From Felis catus (Eukaryota), in assembly GCF_018350175.1 (NCBI RefSeq), contig NC_058373.1, positions 5,332,001 to 5,396,000 of the forward strand: 64,000 bases of DNA. Direction: 5' to 3'. A program made the translations under genes and the position numbers. Each line of letters starts with the position of its first letter. Position 1 is the first letter of the stretch. Of the stretch, positions 57,053 through 64,000 are shown piece after piece. Below the pieces are notes generated by a model that saw only the letters and a list, made by a program, of their open reading frames with translations, searched no databases and was not told where the DNA came from.

Positions 57053-58280
57053 AACCTTGATCTTTTTAAGGGCTCTTGAGGACTCTGCTGAACGGACCCT
57101 CGGGATCACCCACCCCCTGCTGTGGCACACGCAGGTTATTTCCAGCCTTCTGCAAAGCCGAGCAGTGCTGTGAGGACATCCCTTTGCACGGCGGTGTGTG
57201 GAGAGTAAATCCTCCAAGGGCTCTGCGAGGTCCCACAGGTGAGATGCCGGAGGGTGCAGGTTTTCGAGGAGGGCCCCTCACCAGGGACCGACCGAGATAC
57301 TCCCTCCAGAGCCAGCCAGCTCCCAAGAGCGGGTTCCCCAGAGAGAGACCGCTCAGGAACCCCAACAGGTGTTCCTTTTACAGGTGGACCCGTTGTTGTG
57401 GTTGTCCTGGTCGTTGTTTTCGCCGGGGTCGGGGGTGGGGGGCAGTGCTGGGCTCCAGCCCTAACTGCAGAAGGTACAGAGCTGGTCTGGGCAGGTGGTT
57501 ATGCAAATCAAACAAGGAAGTAGGGCTCAGGGGCGCAGAAGGGTTGGCTCTGGGCTCCCTGCCAGGGAAGAAGCTGAACTAGGCGCATCCCCTCTCCCTG
57601 CAGGAGGCCTGAGGGGTTCAGGAAAGGGCCCACGGACCACCCACTCCCAGGGGAATGGGTCCTGCCATGGCCCTGGCCCCTCCGTTCTATCCCCTGTGTT
57701 CCTAGCGGTCCCTACAGGGTGTCTGTGTTGAGCTCAGAGTCCAGTATGGACAGATACTATAACAGGACGGCCGTTTCCTTCCCCTGGGCCCAGGCTGGCA
57801 TCCCGGTTGCCCACCACAGTGCCCACCAGTGATGTAGGAACGTCCAGTGGGGCCTCCTTGGTGCCTACAGCTCCCGGGGCGCCCATCCCAGCCCCGATCC
57901 CTCAGCGTGACACTGTCTCCTTAACTGTGAGTTCCGGGACAGCAGAGTGGGTCACAGGGGCCCAGCAGGTGGCAGCTGCCCAGTGCTGCCTGTCACTGAA
58001 CATCCTGACCAAGTCGCACTGGCCGGGAGCTGCTGGTGCCTGGCTGGCTGAGGGCCCCCCACCCCCACCCCCGGCAGGGCCTGTCCGTGGGAATGACGAG
58101 AAACAGGGTTCCTAGCCAGAGCTGCCGGCAAAAATCAACGAGAGGGAGCCCACCCCAGAGCCTCAAGCTAACCAGGGCCTGCAGGCCAGTCCAGGTGAGG
58201 CCGGAGGAGCCCAAGCCAGTCTCCTTCAGATGCTGCATCCATCTCATAGCGTTCCAAATTGGAGATGCCAGTTTCTTTGC

Positions 58281-58505
58281 TTTTTTTTTTTTTTTTACGT
58301 TTATTTATTTATTTTGAGAGAGAGAGCGTGTGTGTGAGGGAGCACATGAGTAGGGGAGGGGCAGGAAGTGGGAGAGAATCCCAAGCAGGCTCCACACTGT
58401 CAGCACAGAGCCCCACGGAGGGCTCAAACCCACGAACCCTGAGATCATGACCTGAGCCAAAGTCAAGAGTCGGATGCTTAACCGGCTGAGCCACCCAGGC
58501 GCCCC
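58281..58505 (-). mobile_element. Can-SINE
   Basis: Reverse head, poly(T). Confidence 0.88.
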
Positions 58506-59580
58506 TCTTTTGCCTTCTTTTGAACATTTCAGGCCTCTTTTAGCAAATTGATTTAAGGCCTCTTGCACCTAGGATTGGCAATTCTGATAAGCATTTGTGG
58601 AATCCCCCCAGGTTTCAGACACAAGGCTGTTGTATCCCTGCTCGCCTCTGTTCTTGGTGAGCTTTGCCTGCATTTGTGCACAGAATGAGCTCATTACACA
58701 AAGTGGCCTGTGCTCCCCGACGAGTGAGGGATGCCTGCCTCAACAGCAGTGTCAGATGTGATGGATTCCACCACAGGAGTGCATTTAGTTCCCCCGCACA
58801 CACACCAATCAAGGTGACACCGAGTCATGCCGTCCCCGGTTATATGCACATCAACACCTGACAATTGATCACCAGCATGTTTTCATTTGACTCCAGCTGC
58901 CCCCACCTCTCATGAGTCGGGGCTGAAAAATTCGCCCATTTCAGCAGCTCCTGATGGTCTGGGCTGATAAGGATCCGGGTCAGGCTACCTGTTACTCACT
59001 GCCTGGTGCTGAGAACAAGCCTCCAGGTCTTTGCACATGTGTCTCTCTGCCCAGGGAACCTCTTATTATCAGCCCTTAAAAAAAGACACAGACTCATGAC
59101 TGTCATATAAAACTGAACATGCGTTAAAGTTTATTAAACTCCTAAATCAATGGGGGAACCAGGCACATGTTATCACCAGTTCACAAGAGAATCTGAAGAA
59201 CAGGCTCAATTATCGATCAGGAACATTGAAATGAACACGCAAATGAAGGCAACACTGGGGAGGGAAGTCAGTTGGTGTTCTATGAGACGGGCCAGAGTCC
59301 ACAGGTCTGTAACAAGAATAATTTTGCATTACCTATCTATAATTTGCAGAGTTGTAAAATAGCCCTCATAGAATGGAATCAGATAATCCAAGAGGTGTTC
59401 CCCAAGAGTCAAGATAATGCATCGCTTTTCCACAGGTGTACAAATACTTCCCTGCAATCCCGACCACCTGGCCACTGAACCCCCATCTTGTCCAGGAGGC
59501 CCCCCCTGGCTCCCAGCGTGGATGGTGCCATCCACTGGACTCCTTGAACTTTTTTTTTTTAATGTTCAGTCCCTTGAACT

Positions 59581-59622
59581 TTTTTTTTTAATGTTTGTTT
59601 ACTTTGAGAGAGAAAGAGAGAG

Positions 59623-59667
<45 letters not shown>

Positions 59668-60100
59668 AGGGGAGAGGGGCAGAGGGAGAGAATCCTAAGC
59701 AGACTCCATGCTCAGCACAGAGCCTAACTTGGGGTTTGATCTCCTGAACCGTGTGACCATGACTTGAGCTGAAATCAAGAGTCAGATACTCAACTGACTN
59801 NNNNNNNNNNNNNNNNNNNNNNNNNNNNNNNNNNNNNNNNNNNNNNNNNNNNNNNNNNNNNNNNNNNNNNNNNNNNNNNNNNNNNNNNNNNNNNNNNNNN
59901 NNNNNNNNNNNNNNNNNNNNNNNNNNNNNNNNNNNNNNNNNNNNNNNNNNNNNNNNNNNNNNNNAAAGGGAGAGAATCTTAAGCAGACTCCTTGCTGAGC
60001 TCGGAGTCTGACATCAGGCTCCACCCTACGATCCTAGGATCATGACCTGACCCAAAATCAAGAGTCACATGCTCAACTGACTAAGCTACCCGGGTGCCCC
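59581..60100 (-). mobile_element. Two Can-SINE segments either side of a gap, with a (CA)n microsatellite
   Basis: Outer TSD cagtcccttgaact at 59567-59580 and 60101-60114. Confidence 0.8.
59800..59964. other. Assembly gap
   Basis: N run. Confidence 1.
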
Positions 60101-60755
60101 CAGTCCCTTGAACTCCTTATCACACTGTTCTGTCTCCCCCATCGGTCTTGTAAGATGCTTAAAATCACCACTTGTGTCTACCGCTGATTGTGAGGGAGCA
60201 CTCGAGGTTGAGTAGATGGTTGAATAGATGAATTAATGAGAGAACAAAGGGGTAACGGCCTAAAACCAGGGGGTCGTGGAGCACCACTGTAAGACAGGCA
60301 AAGACCTGCAGGTTGTGGAAGTGTGTTGGTTTCGAGATTGATCTTACTAAGGGCCCCTCGGATAATACAGCCCCGAGAGCAAACAAGCTCAGAAGTACTA
60401 GGTTAAACACGAACGGGTTGTTTGCTTCTCCCCTTTCACCACAGCACTTCCGACAGCCTTTACCGTATCGAAGTCCCCCGTGAATGTCTCAGAAGGAGCA
60501 CGCAACATCCCCGCGTCTTCCGTGCTTATCTGATGGCGAAGCAGCTCTTTAAAAATGAAGGAAAGATGAGGGTTCTGGAAAATTCACAATGAGAAAGACC
60601 AATTTAATCCAACCCTCCTGATTTATGGAGTGGTGCAGACGTCATTACTGCCTGTGTCAGAGTGCCAGCCCCAGCGTTAAAGCTCCTGTGTGGCTTTCGA
60701 CAAGTTCCTTAATGTCTCCGCACCTCAATGGCTCCATCCATAAAACGGGACTAAA

Positions 60756-60970
60756 GGGGCACCTGGGTGTCTCAGTCGGTTAAGCGTCCGACTTCGGCTC
60801 AGGTCATGATCTCCCGGCTTGTGAGTTGGAGCCCCGTGTCAGCCTGTCCGTGCTGACAGCTCAGAGCCTGGAGCTGCTTTGGGTGCTGTCTCCCTCTCTC
60901 TCTGCCCCTCCCCCGCTTGTGCTCTGTCTCTCTCTCAAAAATAAATAAACATTAAAAAAACAAACCAAAA
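60756..60970 (+). mobile_element. Can-SINE
   Basis: Head, CT tract, A-tail. Confidence 0.88.
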
Positions 60971-63069
60971 CAGGACCAGAAAGAGAAATCGCCTCAAAGT
61001 GGCTGGCGGGGGGCGGGGAGGAGGTTAAATGAATTTCTGGGAGGAAGACTTGCAACATAGAGCCTGGCACAGTCTGTCCTCAGTCAGTGGTAACTGTGTC
61101 ACTATTACTTATAAAAACACGAGGTGCCATTTATTGACTTGTCTTTGTATCATCTTGCTTGACCCTCACTTCAGCTGAGACCAGATGAGGAAGATAAGGC
61201 CAACGAGGACAGCACGCTCGGGAGGTGAACTCACAGGCCCACAAGGCCCTGCAGCTGGCAGGGGGCCAAGGTTCTCCGACCAGGCATGAAGCCCGAAGAA
61301 CGAGCCAGCCAAGGGCTTGGCATGAAGTAGGTGCTTAGTAAAGACTGGTTTCTTCTATTCCTTCCTCCTTCCCTTCCAACAGCCATCTGGGCCCCCAGTC
61401 AGGAGGTCACCTCTGGCCAGGGCTGTGGTAGGACAGACAGGGCCCCAGGCCGGGCCTGGCCTTCTCCCCCACCAGCTGAGGTGCCCCCTTCCATTTCTTC
61501 TTCTCCTCCTCCGCGCCACGCCCCCCGCCTCTGCGTGCCCGCTCAGTTATCTGGTGACTTGAGGACCCCGGGAGTCCCTCTGTTCTCCTCAGCCACCCTG
61601 GTGACAAAACAAAGGAGGAGCTCAAAATCGGCCTTGATTCAGTGCCTGAAGCCCGTGGCCTGGGCTTGAGTGGCCCTGCCAGGCCACCTGGGGCCGTCCA
61701 CGGGCGCCACACAGACCCACACAGGGCCCCACGCCAGGCCCGGCCAAAACTGTCGCCCCAGCTGACGGCTTGCTCAGAGAAATGACTCAGCCCGAGTGCT
61801 CAGATGCCCTGTCCACGTTTTATGAACTAAAGGTGTTTTCATAACAACTGGGGGTGATGAGCCAGCAGCAGGCTGTAAACAGAGCAATGATCTGGTTGAA
61901 ACGCCCAGGTCCGAGCCCCCGCCCACAAGCAGGGCCTCCGAGGTTGTCAGCTTCCCCACAGCGGTGCTTCCTTCACGCCCAGGTGGGGCCACGGGCCCCT
62001 GGGCTCGTCCTGGCAAACAGCACAGACTCCCAAAATAACGTGGAGACGCGCCCAGCCGCATCTGTAACCCAGGAGGGAAGCGAGTGACAGAGCCAGATCC
62101 GTGGCCTAGACGCCTGCTTCTGTCCTTCCCGGATGCCCCGGGGCCTCCTGTGGGACCGGAAGCCGTCCATGAGCCAGGGTCCTGGGACCAGAACTCTGGG
62201 AGGCCCAGCCCTGAGCTGGAGTTCGCAGGGCAGGGAAAGTGTACCTCGCCTCCCACAAGGACAGTGCTGCTGGGGGTGTGTGACACAGGTGCCCTAGAAC
62301 AGCAAATGGTGTGAAACAAGGAGGGCGGTGCTCAATCCTCCCGGAGGATTCTAGAGCTGCCAGAGGTGAGACAGCACGGCCTGCTCATTCACCCTGTCCC
62401 TACCCCCGCTCTTCCTTCCGTCCATCAGGGCACTTGGGAGGCCTACCTGTCAGCCATACCCCAGGCTTACCCCTACCATCCTCTGCCCAAAAGCCAAGCA
62501 GTCCTCTTCGATCCTGACTTTTCCAACCCACGGCAAGTCCCGTCCACCTTACCTCCAGCCACTTGGCCGCCGCCACCCACGCCCAAGCTGCTCGCCTCTC
62601 GCTTGGACAGCCACCCTGCCTCGCTGGGGTCACCTCCTGACCCCTCAGCCTTGGCCTCTAAAATCCGTTCTCCACTCATCGGCACGACGGTGCCGCACCA
62701 TCTTTCTGAGGCCCCACCCACACCCCACCCGCCTTCTTGGCCTCCACCAGATTCTGTCAGCTATTCAAGCTTTTTAAAGAAACTGAGCACAGCAGCTTTG
62801 GCATCAGGCTATGAAGAGATGAACTGAACAGGAGGAGAGCTCAGAGGCACAACCATGCGTGAAGGAGAACATGTGCTTGTGATGGAGAGACACCACCAAC
62901 GGGTGGGGAAAAGACTCATACGTGGTGTTGAGACAGTTGTGATCCATATGGAAAAAAAGTAAAATTAGATCCCCACCTCAAGCCACATACACACTCCAGG
63001 TGGATTCAAGGCTTACCTGTGAGTAACAAAAGTTTAATACGTTTAGAAGAAACTCCAGGAGAATATTTT

Positions 63070-64000
63070 TTAAATTAATTAATTCATTTTCTTTTTAAAA
63101 TGTACATCCAAGTTAGCATCTAGTGCAACAATGACTTCAGGAGTGGATTCCTTAGTGCCCCTGACCCATTTAGCCCATCCCCCTTCCCACACCCCCTCCA
63201 GTAACCCTTGTTTGTTCTCCATATTTATGAGTCTCTTCTGTTTTGTCCCCCTCCCTGTTTTTATATTATTTTTGCTTCTCTTCTCTTATGTTAATCTGTT
63301 TTGTCTCTTAAGTTCCTCATATGAGTGAAGTCCTATGATATTTGTCTTTCTCTGACTGACTAATTTCACTTAGCACAATACCCTCCAGTTCCATCCACGT
63401 AGTTGCAAATGGCAAGATTTCATTCTTTTTGACTGCCGAGTAATACTCCATTGTATATATACCACATCTTCTTTAGCCATTCATCCCTCAACGGACATTT
63501 GGGCTCTTTCCGTACTTTGGCTATTGTGGATAGTGCTGCTATAAACATGGGGGTGCGTGTGTCCCTTCAAAACAGCACACTTGTATACCATGGATAAATG
63601 CCTAGTAGTGCAATTGCTGGGTCGTAGGGTAGTTCTAGTTTTAATTTTTTGCGGAACCTCCATACGGTTTTCCAGAGTGGCTGCACCAGCTTGCATTCCC
63701 ACCAGCAGTACAAAAGAGAACTTCTTTCTCCGCATCCTCGCCAACGTCTGTTGTTGCCTNNNNNNNNNNNNNNNNNNNNNNNNNNNNNNNNNNNNNNNNN
63801 NNNNNNNNNNNNNNNNNNNNNNNNNNNNNNNNNNNNNNNNNNNNNNNNNNNNNNNNNNNNNNNNNNNNNNNNNNNNNNNNNNNNNNNNNNNNNNNNNNNN
63901 NNNNNNNNNNNNNNNNNNNNNNNNNNNNNNNNNNNNNNNNTTTTTTGGATGTTAAGATTGATAAGTTCTTCATAGATTTTGGATACTAACCCTTTATCTG
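63070..64000 (-). mobile_element. Carnivore L1 3' end (ORF2 C-terminus and 3'UTR), runs off the window
   Basis: Minus strand reads ORF2 terminal motifs (WYIYNGV/EYYSAVKKNEILPFATTWMELEGIVLSEISQSEKDKYH); contains a gap. Confidence 0.9.
63760..63940. other. Assembly gap
   Basis: N run. Confidence 1.

Noticed and set aside
53810-59450. Two weakly similar AT-rich segments (~53810-54150 and ~59090-59450)
   Set aside because: Probably old LTR-type repeat remnants; similarity too low to name or bound without a search.
42600-62830. Many overlapping 60-235 aa ORFs (e.g. 44294..45001, 44541..45134, 57076..57582, 61774..62319)
   Set aside because: Pro/Gly/Arg/Ala-rich chance ORFs in GC-rich DNA on both strands; no domain similarity or exon structure. 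No FURIN coding exon is visible in the window.

Overview
This is mammalian (felid) genomic DNA, not prokaryotic. It is dense in cat-type tRNA-derived Can-SINEs (SINEC_Fc-like) and carnivore L1s, and has four N-gaps. Positions 116-41385 carry the last 11 coding exons of BLM, the Bloom syndrome RecQ helicase, on the + strand (exons 12-22 by human numbering, from recall). All have GT-AG boundaries and together give a continuous frame: helicase motifs, RQC Zn/winged-helix, HRDC, NLS, stop, then two AATAAA signals. The remaining ~22.5 kb is GC-rich intergenic DNA with no supportable gene; by mammalian synteny it is expected to lead toward FURIN/FES. Less obvious content: (1) a disabled processed TXNL4B (Dim2) retrocopy in BLM intron 14; (2) two tiny TSD-flanked L1 insertions with 3'-transduction architecture; (3) a fragmented ~3.7-kb fossil hAT/Charlie transposon with recognisable transposase remnants; (4) a consensus cryptic splice donor inside exon 21 whose use would remove the NLS; (5) two compact enhancer-like motif clusters downstream of BLM. 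I found no convincing evidence for a wholly new biological system. Most ORFs in the track are chance or repeat-derived. Repeat family names and reference comparisons come from recall, not database searches.
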